Positions 1 through 8,664 of a stretch of DNA of 64,000 nucleotides are shown here, piece after piece. The stretch is from Candidatus Krumholzibacteriia bacterium (lineage in GTDB: Bacteria; Krumholzibacteriota; Krumholzibacteriia; LZORAL124-64-63): the NCBI GenBank assembly GCA_046484865.1, contig JAWOID010000116.1, positions 1 to 64,000 on the forward strand, given 5' to 3'. Under the pieces are notes generated by a model that was not told the origin of the DNA, did not search any database, and was given only the letters and a program-made list of their open reading frames with translations. The position numbers and the translations under genes were made by a program. The first letter of the stretch is position 1, and every line of letters starts with the position of its first letter.

Positions 1-120
1 GGCGGTTTCATTGTGAACCAGCCGTTGCGCCGTCGGACCGGGAGTGGCCTCGCCGACCGGGCGCGTTTGTTCCGACTGCCGCCGGCGAAGACCGTCTGAA
101 CGAGGCGACGAGCCAGGGGG

Positions 121-453
121 ATGATGATGAGCGAACTGGCCAGCCGGGCGTGCGTGCCCTGCCGAGGCGGCACGCCGCCGCTGCCGTCGGAGCGCGTGGA
201 CGATCTGTCGCGCGAAGTGCCGGAATGGTCCGTGATCGACGGGCACCACCTGAGCCGCGAGTTCGGGTTCGACGATTTCGCCGGTGCGCTGGCGTTCGTG
301 AACCAGGTGGGCGAGGTGGCCGAGGCCGAGGGGCATCACCCCGACATCCACCTGTCCTGGGGGCGGGTGGTGGTGGAGATCTGGACCCACAAGATCGACG
401 GTCTCACCGAGAGCGATTTCATCCTAGCGGCGAAGATCGATCGTCTGCGGTGA
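121..453 (+). CDS. phhB: Pterin-4-alpha-carbinolamine dehydratase
   Basis: N-terminal CxPC, EGHHPDI and WTHKIDGLTESDFILAAKID motifs typical of the PCD family. Confidence 0.92.
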   Translation: MMMSELASRACVPCRGGTPPLPSERVDDLSREVPEWSVIDGHHLSREFGFDDFAGALAFVNQVGEVAEAEGHHPDIHLSWGRVVVEIWTHKIDGLTESDFILAAKIDRLR

Positions 454-2287
454 CCGGCAGGACGCGCAGCACGAGCAGCGTGGCGTCGTCCTCGCGCGGT
501 GGGGGCGGAGCATCGTCCACGAGCACGGCCAGGGCGGCCGCGGCGGCCCGGGCCGATCGGCGGCGACCGAGGGCATGTTCGTGAACACCTGCACGGACGG
601 CGGCCACCAGGTCGCGCGCCGGCAACGACGCCGCTGGCTGCACCAGGCGCGCGAGTCCGGCGGTGCGCAGCAGCCGACCATCCGGATCGGTCGCCTCCGT
701 GATGCCGTCCGTGTAGAGGATCAAGACGTCGCCCGGCGTCAAGGCGAACTTGGCGTCGGCATAGGTCGCTCCAGCCAGCAGTCCGAGCGGCGGTCCCGAC
801 GCCTCGAGCCAGGCCACAGCGCCGTCGCCGCGCCGCAGCAGCGGCGGGGTGTGTCCGGCGCCCGCATAGCGTAGCATGCCCGTGGGCGGGTCCAGCTCGG
901 CCAGGACCAGGGTGGCGAAGACCTCCGCAGCCGTGGTCTGCTCCAGCGCCCTGCCCGCTGCGGTCAGCAACTCCGCAGGAGAGCCGGGACGCGCCGCCAG
1001 TGCGCGCACGGTGGCCTGCAGGTTGCTCGCAAGGAGGGCTGCCGGCAGACCCTTGCCCGTGACGTCGCCCAGCACCAGCAGCAATCGCCCGTCCTCCCGC
1101 TCCACCACGTCGTAGATGTCGCCGCTCACGGCACCGCAAGGCTCGAAATCCGCGGCCAGCTCGTAGCCGGGCGGGTCCGGCAGGCGCTCCGGGAGCAGGC
1201 GGCGCTGGATGTCGCGGGCGGTGTTCAGCTCTTCATCCAGGCGCGCGCGGTCGAGCGAGGCCTCGCAGCCCTCCAGACCCATGCGCGCCAGGGCTCGTGC
1301 CGCGCCGCCGGCGGCGGCGGCCGCGGCGTCGGCCGCGGCGGCGGCGGCGGAGGTGGGGGCGGAGGCGGGGGCGGGGGCGGCGCGAGCCGCCGGCCGGCAC
1401 CCCGGATGTGCCTCGTGGCCGAGGATCAGGCGGGACACCGCCTCCACCTCCTGATGCAGGCGCCGGACGAGTTCGTGCCCGTCGGCGGGATCGATGGTCA
1501 GCGACCGCAAGGCCGTCGCAGGTGCGGGCGGCTGATCGCCGTCGCCCGCACTGCCGGGACCGCATGCGCGAGCCAGGCGTTCGGCGCGACGTAGCGCACG
1601 TGCCAGCGCGTCCACCTCCGGGCCACACGCCGCGGCGTCCCCGGCGACGCGATGGAACGCCAGCGCGTGCCGGAGGACCACGGGCAGCTTCCAGCGTGCC
1701 AGGACACGCACGGTGAGTTCGTCGTGGTCGAAACCGAGCAGCGTGCGTTCCGCGCGCCGCAGCGGCCAGCGTTCGCGCCGGGCGGCGAGGACGGCGGCGG
1801 CGAAGCGATCGCCGCCGCGGCGCGCCATGATCACGGGGCCGAGGCCCTGCAGGAGCCCCAGGAGGTAGCTATCATCGACATCGGCACCGTTTGAGCGATC
1901 GTGCGCAGCGGCCACCTTGGCCCAGCTCGCCTGCGCGAGTCCGTGGTGCCACAGCGCGACGCGGTCCAGCGGTCCGTCGTCGCCCGCGGCCGGGCACAGG
2001 TCGTGCATTCCCAGGCAGAGGGCGACGTTGCGTACCCGGTGCAGCCCGAGGCGCACGAGGGCGGTGCGCAGGTCGCGCAATTCGCCACCGCGGGCGAACG
2101 CGGCGCTGTTGGCCAGCGCCAGGAAGCGCAACGCCAGCGCTCCGTCGGCCCGGATCACCCGGTACAGGCGCTCCAGCGAGCAGTCGGGCGCGCTGGTCAG
2201 TGCGAGCACCTGAGCGGCCACCGGCGGCAGGCTGCCGGCGGCATCGGCAAGCGCCCTCAGGAACCCGGGGTTGCGATCGTTGTTCAA
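419..2287 (-). CDS. HDOD domain fused to a SpoIIE/PP2C-type Ser/Thr phosphatase
   Basis: N-half has LPPVAAQVL, ALANSAAF, ALVRLG, LWHHG, GFDH...RWKLP (HDOD). C-half has ARDIQRRLLP, VSGDIYD, GDVTGKGLPAA, AGHTPP, YTDGITEA, DDATLL (PP2C). TTG start with GAGAGG RBS. Confidence 0.85.
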   Translation of the reverse strand: MNNDRNPGFLRALADAAGSLPPVAAQVLALTSAPDCSLERLYRVIRADGALALRFLALANSAAFARGGELRDLRTALVRLGLHRVRNVALCLGMHDLCPAAGDDGPLDRVALWHHGLAQASWAKVAAAHDRSNGADVDDSYLLGLLQGLGPVIMARRGGDRFAAAVLAARRERWPLRRAERTLLGFDHDELTVRVLARWKLPVVLRHALAFHRVAGDAAACGPEVDALARALRRAERLARACGPGSAGDGDQPPAPATALRSLTIDPADGHELVRRLHQEVEAVSRLILGHEAHPGCRPAARAAPAPASAPTSAAAAAADAAAAAAGGAARALARMGLEGCEASLDRARLDEELNTARDIQRRLLPERLPDPPGYELAADFEPCGAVSGDIYDVVEREDGRLLLVLGDVTGKGLPAALLASNLQATVRALAARPGSPAELLTAAGRALEQTTAAEVFATLVLAELDPPTGMLRYAGAGHTPPLLRRGDGAVAWLEASGPPLGLLAGATYADAKFALTPGDVLILYTDGITEATDPDGRLLRTAGLARLVQPAASLPARDLVAAVRAGVHEHALGRRRSARAAAAALAVLVDDAPPPPREDDATLLVLRVLPVTADDRSSPLG

Positions 2288-2387
2288 CGCGTCCTCTCAC
2301 GGCGACACTTGGCCGCAGGAGCCCGTCCCCGAAAGGCAGCCCGAGTGCGGGCGAATCGCTCCGATCATCGGCCGACGACGGTTTTGC

Positions 2388-2416
2388 TTGAACTGCAGAT
2401 CGATATGACGTATTTT
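2388..2416 (+). promoter_or_regulatory. Putative sigma70 promoter (TTGAAC-17-TATTTT)
   Basis: Consensus-like hexamers with a 17-bp spacer in an AT-rich divergent intergenic patch. Confidence 0.45.
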
Positions 2417-2595
2417 CAATAAACTCCATGAAAGGTAGATGGTGAGGGATGCGGTTGCGCTGGCATTCGGTCGAAAGCAATGTAGATTGCCGTTCATCTC
2501 GGGCGGTTCCGGAGCCGAAGGTGACCCGAAGTGCGGCAACCGGGCCGCCGCGAAAAGCCGGCCTCGACCCGGGCTGCACAAGGGGGAGGGTCTCC

Positions 2596-3519
2596 ATGCT
2601 GGCCAAGCGTATCTCGATCATGACAGCTCTGATGGCTGTCGCCATGCTTGCACTTGCGGGGTGCGGGGGGGATGACGGAGGCACCCCCACCATCCCGCCG
2701 CGCATTCCCGTCGTCACCCAGCTCACCGACGACCCGGCGTTCGAGGCGAACCCGGTCTTCTCGCGGGACGGGAACTGGGTCTACTACGAGCGCAAGGATC
2801 TGGAGAATTTCCAGGACCACGACATCTTCCGGATCCCGGCGGCGGGGGGGGCGCCGCAGGAATTGACGAGCGGCGAGTGGCTGGATACCTCGGTGGCGCT
2901 CTCGCCTGACGGCACCCGCATGGTGTTCGAATCCGATCGCAGCGGGACCAAGAGCCTGTGGCTGATGAACCTGGCCACGCTTGCGGAACCGACCCAGCTC
3001 ACGGACGACGACGCCGAGGACGGCGACCCGTGCTGGTCGCCGGTCGACGAACGCGTGGTCTTCGCGTCGCGGCGTACGGGCGTGCACGAGCTGTGGCTGC
3101 TGGACATGGCCACCGGCGAGTCCTCCCCTCTCACCAGCGATGGCCGTCCGATGACCTACTGCCGCACGCCCTCGTGGTCGCCGGACGGGACGGAACTCGT
3201 GTTCGAATCCACCCGGGACGAAGCATCCGCCCTGTACGTGCTCACGATCGCGACGGGGGAGATACGGCGCATCACCGACCTGGCGGCGTACGAGGGGCAC
3301 CCGGCCTGGTCGCCGGACGGGCGGGAGATCGCCTTCGAGTCGCGGCGCAACGGCACGATGGACATCTTCGTGGTGGGCGTGGACGGCGGCACGCCGTTCC
3401 AGGTCACCAACCTGGGCGGCTACTGGCCCGAGTGGTCTCCCGACGGCACGCGCATCATCTACGGCAGGTACGGCAGCGGCGAGCCGGATCTGTGGCTGGT
3501 GGACGTGGACTGGCGCTAG
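2596..3519 (+). CDS. TolB-like beta-propeller (PD40 repeat) lipoprotein
   Basis: Lipobox LAGC and repeated P.WSPDG..I.F.S.R motifs. ATG at 2596 follows GGGGGAGG. Confidence 0.85.
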   Translation: MLAKRISIMTALMAVAMLALAGCGGDDGGTPTIPPRIPVVTQLTDDPAFEANPVFSRDGNWVYYERKDLENFQDHDIFRIPAAGGAPQELTSGEWLDTSVALSPDGTRMVFESDRSGTKSLWLMNLATLAEPTQLTDDDAEDGDPCWSPVDERVVFASRRTGVHELWLLDMATGESSPLTSDGRPMTYCRTPSWSPDGTELVFESTRDEASALYVLTIATGEIRRITDLAAYEGHPAWSPDGREIAFESRRNGTMDIFVVGVDGGTPFQVTNLGGYWPEWSPDGTRIIYGRYGSGEPDLWLVDVDWR

Positions 3520-3536
3520 CCGCCGATCCCGCTCGA

Positions 3537-4499
3537 TCAACTGCCGCGCGTCTTCCCGTCCGGTCTGCCTGGTGCAGGCCGGGCGGGCTCGTTCAGGGGC
3601 GGTCGGGCGAGCGGCAGCGCGACGGCGGCGTGGTGCCGCCCCCGGTGTCGCGCCAGGTCCCAGGAGTAGATCGCGAGCGCGGTCCAGATGGTGCCGAAGC
3701 CCAGCGCATGGGCCGTCGTGAACAGCTCGCCGAACGCGAGCACACCGAGCAGGAACTGGCCCGTGGGGGCCACGTACTGCAGGAATCCCATCGTGCTCAG
3801 CGGCAGCCGCCGCGCTCCGGCCACGAACCAGACCAGCGGCAGAGCGGTCACCGCTCCGGCGGCCACCAGCAGCAGGTCGGTCGCCGGATCGGAGTTCCCG
3901 AAGACGAGTTGCTCCCGGCCCGCGCGCAGGAGCAGGAACGCGAGCGCCGCCGGCACCAGCAGACCGGTCTCCACCATCAGCCCGACCGGCCCGTCCACGT
4001 CCGCGGTCTTGCGCAGGAGGCCATAGAAGCCGAAGCTGAACGCCAGCACCAGAGCGATCCAGGGCAGACTGCCGAGCCAGGCCGTGAGTACGGCCACGCC
4101 GGTCATCGCCAGGGCCAGACTCACCCATTGCGCCCGTCGGAGCCGCTCGCCCAGAAAGACCATCCCCAGCAGGACGTTCACCAGCGGATTGATGAAGTAG
4201 CCCAGGCTGGCCTCCACGACCCGCGCCGTCGAGACGGCCCAGATGAAGATGAGCCAGTTCATCGAGACCAGCAGGGCTGAGCCCACCAGCGTCGCGAGCG
4301 TGCGGCGGTCGGCGAGGGCGCGTCGGGCCGCGGTCATCCGGCCGGCGAAGCCGAGCCACACCGCCAGCAGCAGGAACGACCACACCACGCGGTGCGCCAG
4401 CACCTCTGGCGGCGGCACGTGAGCGACGGCCTTGAAGTAGAGGGGTACGGCTCCCCACCAGACGTAGGCCGCCAGGCCGTAGAGGACGCCCCGGTTCAC
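3537..4499 (-). CDS. rarD: EamA/RarD family transporter
   Basis: HRVVWS, NWLIFIWAV, EASLGYFINPL, FGFYGLLRK and GFLQYVAPT RarD motifs. GTG start with GGGAGG RBS. Confidence 0.9.
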   Translation of the reverse strand: MNRGVLYGLAAYVWWGAVPLYFKAVAHVPPPEVLAHRVVWSFLLLAVWLGFAGRMTAARRALADRRTLATLVGSALLVSMNWLIFIWAVSTARVVEASLGYFINPLVNVLLGMVFLGERLRRAQWVSLALAMTGVAVLTAWLGSLPWIALVLAFSFGFYGLLRKTADVDGPVGLMVETGLLVPAALAFLLLRAGREQLVFGNSDPATDLLLVAAGAVTALPLVWFVAGARRLPLSTMGFLQYVAPTGQFLLGVLAFGELFTTAHALGFGTIWTALAIYSWDLARHRGRHHAAVALPLARPPLNEPARPAPGRPDGKTRGS

Positions 4500-4578
4500 G
4501 TGGCCGCCTCCCCGGCAGGACGGCCCGACGCGCCGCCTGCTCGCGATGCGTCGAACCCTGAGAGCCGCTGATTCGGTG

Positions 4579-4653
4579 TGGCGTCCCCTACGGGACTCGA
4601 ACCCGTGCTGCCGCCGTGAAAGGGCGGTGTCCTGACCACTAGACGAAGGGGAC
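4579..4653 (-). tRNA. tRNA-Glu(TTC)
   Basis: Reverse complement GTCCCCTTCGTCTAGTGGTCAGGAC...CT-TTC-AC...GGTTCGAGTCCCGTAGGGGACGCCA forms a cloverleaf with encoded CCA. Confidence 0.96.
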
Positions 4654-4721
4654 GCCCGAGCATGGAGACGACCGCGTGCGGGCGGTCGTGCGGCCAAAGC
4701 TACCCTCGGCCGGTGTCGGTG

Positions 4722-6131
4722 TCAAACGCCGCGGGACGCCGGCGCGTCTTCGCCACCTCCCATCGCAGCCGCTGCCTCCTCCAAAAGCACGGCGGTCGTC
4801 CGGGCGCCGTTGTGGAAGTTCGCCAGCAGGAACCGCTCGTTCGGCGAGTGGATGTTGTCGGTGCTCAGTCCATAGCCGAGCAGCAGAACCGGAGCCCGCA
4901 GGCAGCTCTGGAACGTGCCCACGATGGGGATGGAGCCGCCCTCGCGAATGAACACGGGCTCCGCACCGAAGCCAGCTGCGAGTGCCCGCATCCCGGCCTG
5001 CATCATGGCCGAGTCCCGCGCGACCAGCACCGGTTCGGCGTTGTGCAGGTTCTGCACCTCCACCCGCACGCCCGCCGGCGAGATCTCCGCCACGAAGCGC
5101 TGGAACGCGGCGGCGATCTCCTCCGGATCCTGATCCGGCACCAGCCGCATCGAGACCTTCGCCACGGCCGTGGCCGGGATGATGGTCTTCGCGCCCTCGC
5201 CACCGTAGCCGCTCCGCAGTCCGTTGACGTCGCAGGTCGGGCGGCCCCACATGCGCTCGAGGGTGGTGTAGCCCGCCTCGCCGTGGGCGGCCGGCGCGCC
5301 CGTCTCCTCCAGGAGGATCTCGTCCGTGTAGCCGAGCTGCGCGAACGCCTGCCGCTCATCCGGCGTCAGATCGCGCACCCGGTCGTAGAATCCCGGCACC
5401 AGGCAACGGCCATCGGCATCCTTCAGCCGTGCCACGATCTCGCAGACGGCGTTGCCCGGGTTCTGCACCGTTCCGCCATAGCTGCCGGAGTGGAGGTCGG
5501 CGCGGGGGCCACTGACGCGGATCTCCATGAAGGCGAGGCCCTTCAGGCTGTAGCAGATGCCCGGGGTCCGCTCGTCGTACAGCGTGGTATCGGAGATCAC
5601 CACCGCGTCGCACGCCAGCCGGCCGGGATTCTGTTCGGTGTAGCGGTAGATGGACCGCCCTCCGCACTCCTCCTCGCCCTCGATGATGAACTTCACGTTC
5701 GCCGGCAGCTCGATGCCCTGCCTGACGTACGCCTCGACGGCCTTCAGGTGAGCGTAGAACTGCCCCTTGTCGTCGCTGGCGCCGCGCGCGTGAACCGCGC
5801 CGTCCTGCACCCGCGGCTCGAAGGGCGGCGTCTCCCACAGCTCGAGCGGATCCACCGGCTGCACGTCGTAGTGGCCGTAGAAGAGGAGCGTGGGGAGCCC
5901 GGTGCGCTGCTCGCTCTCCGCATACACGAGCGGGTTGCCGTCGGTGGGAATGACCTCGACGTCGAGCCCGAGTCCTGCCAGTTCGTCGGCGACGTGCCGC
6001 GCGGCGTGCAGGACGTCGTCTCGGTGCGCGCTGTCGGCGCTGATGCTCGGAATGCGCAGCAATGCGAGGAGTTGCTCGACGTGTTCGTCTCGGTGCTGCT
6101 GGAGATAGGAGAGGACCCGTTCGCGGCTCAT
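4722..6131 (-). CDS. M20 family dipeptidase/metallopeptidase
   Basis: YGHYDVQP, ARGASDDKGQ, EGEEE, DLHSG, GGSIP and HSPNE motifs. Confidence 0.92.
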   Translation of the reverse strand: MSRERVLSYLQQHRDEHVEQLLALLRIPSISADSAHRDDVLHAARHVADELAGLGLDVEVIPTDGNPLVYAESEQRTGLPTLLFYGHYDVQPVDPLELWETPPFEPRVQDGAVHARGASDDKGQFYAHLKAVEAYVRQGIELPANVKFIIEGEEECGGRSIYRYTEQNPGRLACDAVVISDTTLYDERTPGICYSLKGLAFMEIRVSGPRADLHSGSYGGTVQNPGNAVCEIVARLKDADGRCLVPGFYDRVRDLTPDERQAFAQLGYTDEILLEETGAPAAHGEAGYTTLERMWGRPTCDVNGLRSGYGGEGAKTIIPATAVAKVSMRLVPDQDPEEIAAAFQRFVAEISPAGVRVEVQNLHNAEPVLVARDSAMMQAGMRALAAGFGAEPVFIREGGSIPIVGTFQSCLRAPVLLLGYGLSTDNIHSPNERFLLANFHNGARTTAVLLEEAAAAMGGGEDAPASRGV

Positions 6132-6242
6132 GCTCGCCTCCCTGGGTGAGAGCCCGGAGTGGTCTGGGTCTTGCGTGGAGCGAAGCGGGCGAAACGGCCC
6201 CGAAACGCCTCCAGAGGCGCGGAAACCCCGAAAAAACTAGTC

Positions 6243-6271
6243 TTGACACGTTCGGCTGTCGAGGCGATCGT
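6243..6271 (+). promoter_or_regulatory. Putative promoter of the histone gene (TTGACA-17-GATCGT) with upstream A-tract
   Basis: Perfect -35 hexamer preceded by AAAAAACTAG; the -10 is weak. Confidence 0.5.
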
Positions 6272-6414
6272 GTCCCGGCTCGCGGTGGAACGCCACCGCG
6301 CCGGGCTTCGGACGCCTGTCCGTTCCGAGCAACGCCGGCTCCGGCGCGCGCGCGAGGGATCGCTCGGTTCCGTTCGCGTCTGGACCGCACAACCCCAGCC
6401 CTCGAGGAGATCTC

Positions 6415-6585
6415 ATGGCCGAGATGATCATTAGCAAGAGCAAGACGAAGGAAGCCGTCACCGAATGTAACGTGTCCGGCGAGTTCTACGAGGCCCTCGA
6501 CGTGAAGGTCCGTGAGCTGATCAAGGACGCCGAGAAGCGCGCCCTGGCCAATGGACGCAAGACGGTGCGGCCCCACGACCTGTAG
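6415..6585 (+). CDS. Small prokaryotic histone-fold protein (56 aa; DUF1931/face-to-face histone-like)
   Basis: Manual translation: MAEMIISKSKTKEAVTECNVSGEFYEALDVKVRELIKDAEKRALANGRKTVRPHDL. GAGGAG RBS, GC3-rich codons and an RKTVxxxD histone signature. Shorter than any ORF in the provided track. Confidence 0.88.
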   Translation: MAEMIISKSKTKEAVTECNVSGEFYEALDVKVRELIKDAEKRALANGRKTVRPHDL

Positions 6586-6643
6586 AATACGGGCATCGAC
6601 GATTCACGCCGGTGCGGGGCTATCGCCTCGCGAGGCGCAGGGG

Positions 6644-6683
6644 ACGGCGGGAGACTCCGAGGGGTGTCCCGCCGTTTGCCTTT
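6644..6683 (+). terminator. Probable intrinsic terminator after the histone gene
   Basis: ACGGCGGGA...TCCCGCCGT stem followed by TTGCCTTT. Confidence 0.55.
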
Positions 6684-6999
6684 CCGGGCCGTACCTGCAC
6701 CCGGTGACGTCGTTTCGCCGTCGGATCCGGGCGCGCGTCGCCGGGGGATGACGCCGTCCTCGCCGGTGTCGCTTCCCGCTGACGCTCGGTCTCAGCAGCG
6801 CCCCGTCTGCATCACGTTCCTGCACCCCTTGTCACGACCGCCAGAGGGGCGCGGCCGCCCGGATGGGGCCCGCCAGGCGCGCCCGTGCCGGCTCTCGCCC
6901 CCCTTCCCGCGGAGCCCTGACGGGCATGGTTCGCCGCGGCACGCGGCTTGCGGCTTTGTGGCGCCGGCCGCGTAGACGGCCGCGGACGGGAGGCAGCGC

Positions 7000-8655
7000 G
7001 TGAGGGTGCGCATCCGGTCGGGTGCGGTGAGCGGCATCGACGGCTGCGCGGTCACGGTCGAGGTGGACGTCAGCCGCGGCTTGCCCGGGTTCCACGTGGT
7101 GGGTCTACCCAGCACGGCCGTGCGGGAGAGCCGTGAGCGCGTGCTGGCGGCACTGCGCCACTCCGGCTACCGGTTTCCGACCGGGCGGGTGACCGTGAAC
7201 CTCGCCCCGGCCGACGTGCGCAAGGAAGGCGCTTCCTACGATCTCGCCATCGCGCTGGGTGTGGTCGCCGTCGCGGATGGCCGTGGTGGCGGCGCGGCAG
7301 CGGCGAGGGCGCTCGGTGCGACGGCGCGCGCCGCCGAGGCGCTGGTCGTGGGGGAGCTGTCGCTCTTCGGCGACGTGCAGCCGGTCCGCGGGCTGCTGGC
7401 GATCGTCCTCGACGCTGCGGCCCGCGGCGAACGCAGGGTGGTGGTGCCGGCCGAGCAGGCCTGGGAGGCGCGCCTCGTCGACGATGTGAGCGTCGTCGCG
7501 GTGCGCACGCTGGGCGAGGCCGCGACCTGGCTGCTGGACGGCCACGCGCCGGCGGCCGCGACCGGCGCCGGGCACGCCGGCGGCGCTGCCCGCAGGCCAT
7601 CGCCGGACGGCAGGCCCCCGCCGGGGTCCGGTGCCGGCGGCGACGCGCTGCTGGCGACCATCGTCGGTCAGGACCTCGCTCGTCGGGCGGCCGTGATCGC
7701 GGCCGCGGGCTCTCACGATCTTCTGCTCGTCGGACCGCCCGGCGCCGGCAAGACCCGGCTCGCCCGCGGACTGGCCGACCTGCTGCCGCCCCTGTCGTGC
7801 ACGGCGGCGCTGGAGGTCACCCGCATCCACGGCGCCGCCGGCGTGCTGGCGGAGGTGGGGCTCGTGCGGCGAGCCCCGTTCCGTGCGCCGCATCACACCA
7901 TCACCCCGGCGGGACTCGTCGGCGGCGGCATGTCCCTGCGCCCGGGGGAGGTGACGCTGGCGCACAGGGGCGTGCTCTTCCTCGACGAGATCGCGGAGTT
8001 CTCGCCCGCGGCTCTCGACGCTCTCCGCGAGCCGCTCGAGGAGGGGCGCATCACGGTGGCGCGCGGGCCGGGAAGCCGCACGTTCCCCGCGCGCTTCCAG
8101 CTGGTGGCCGCCATGAATCCCTGCCGGTGCGGCTGGTCGGGCAGCCGGCACCGGGCCTGCACCTGCACTGACGCCGATCGGCGGCGCTACCGGCGCCGGC
8201 TCTCCGGGCCGCTGCTCGATCGCTTCGATCTGTTCGTCGAGATGACCGAGCCTGCGGCCTGCCTGGTGGGGACAGCCCCGCGCAACGCACCGCCAGCAAG
8301 CGCTGGCGGCGTCGATCCGGTGCGGGATTGGCGGCGGGGATCCGCCGCGCAGGCCATCGCGTCGGCGCGAGCGCGTCTCGGGGCGCGGACGGCGATCAGC
8401 GAGAGGCTGCCGGTGGCGAGGCGTCTGGTGGAACTGGGACTGGATCAGGCCGCGGCGCGGCATCTGGACGACGTGCGCCGCCGCCTGGGGCTCTCGGTGA
8501 GAGCACTGCTGCGCTGCGCGCGCGTGGCCGCGACCATCGCGGCTCTCGACGGCGCCGAGGCGGTGACGCGAGCAGCCGTCCTGGAGGCGCTGGAGTTCCG
8601 GCGCGAGAACGTCGCCGCGCTGGAGGCCGGCGCCCCCGGCCCGCATGATTCGTGA
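7000..8655 (+). CDS. comM: YifB/ComM Mg-chelatase-like AAA+ ATPase
   Basis: VEVDVSRGLPGF, ESRERV, NLAPAD..KEG..YDLAIA, GPPGAGKT, PFRAPHH, LAHRGVLFLDE, AAMNPCRCG and SGPLLDRFD motifs. Confidence 0.93.
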   Translation: MRVRIRSGAVSGIDGCAVTVEVDVSRGLPGFHVVGLPSTAVRESRERVLAALRHSGYRFPTGRVTVNLAPADVRKEGASYDLAIALGVVAVADGRGGGAAAARALGATARAAEALVVGELSLFGDVQPVRGLLAIVLDAAARGERRVVVPAEQAWEARLVDDVSVVAVRTLGEAATWLLDGHAPAAATGAGHAGGAARRPSPDGRPPPGSGAGGDALLATIVGQDLARRAAVIAAAGSHDLLLVGPPGAGKTRLARGLADLLPPLSCTAALEVTRIHGAAGVLAEVGLVRRAPFRAPHHTITPAGLVGGGMSLRPGEVTLAHRGVLFLDEIAEFSPAALDALREPLEEGRITVARGPGSRTFPARFQLVAAMNPCRCGWSGSRHRACTCTDADRRRYRRRLSGPLLDRFDLFVEMTEPAACLVGTAPRNAPPASAGGVDPVRDWRRGSAAQAIASARARLGARTAISERLPVARRLVELGLDQAAARHLDDVRRRLGLSVRALLRCARVAATIAALDGAEAVTRAAVLEALEFRRENVAALEAGAPGPHDS

Positions 8656-8664
8656 GCGGCCTGG

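Noticed and set aside
2485..2580. SAM-I or c-di-GMP riboswitch-like words (TTCATC, CGGCAACC)
   Set aside because: The remaining conserved elements of either family are missing.
6684..6999. Additional small gene or ncRNA between the histone gene and comM
   Set aside because: No ORF with an RBS and coding-like bias, and no recognisable RNA motif.
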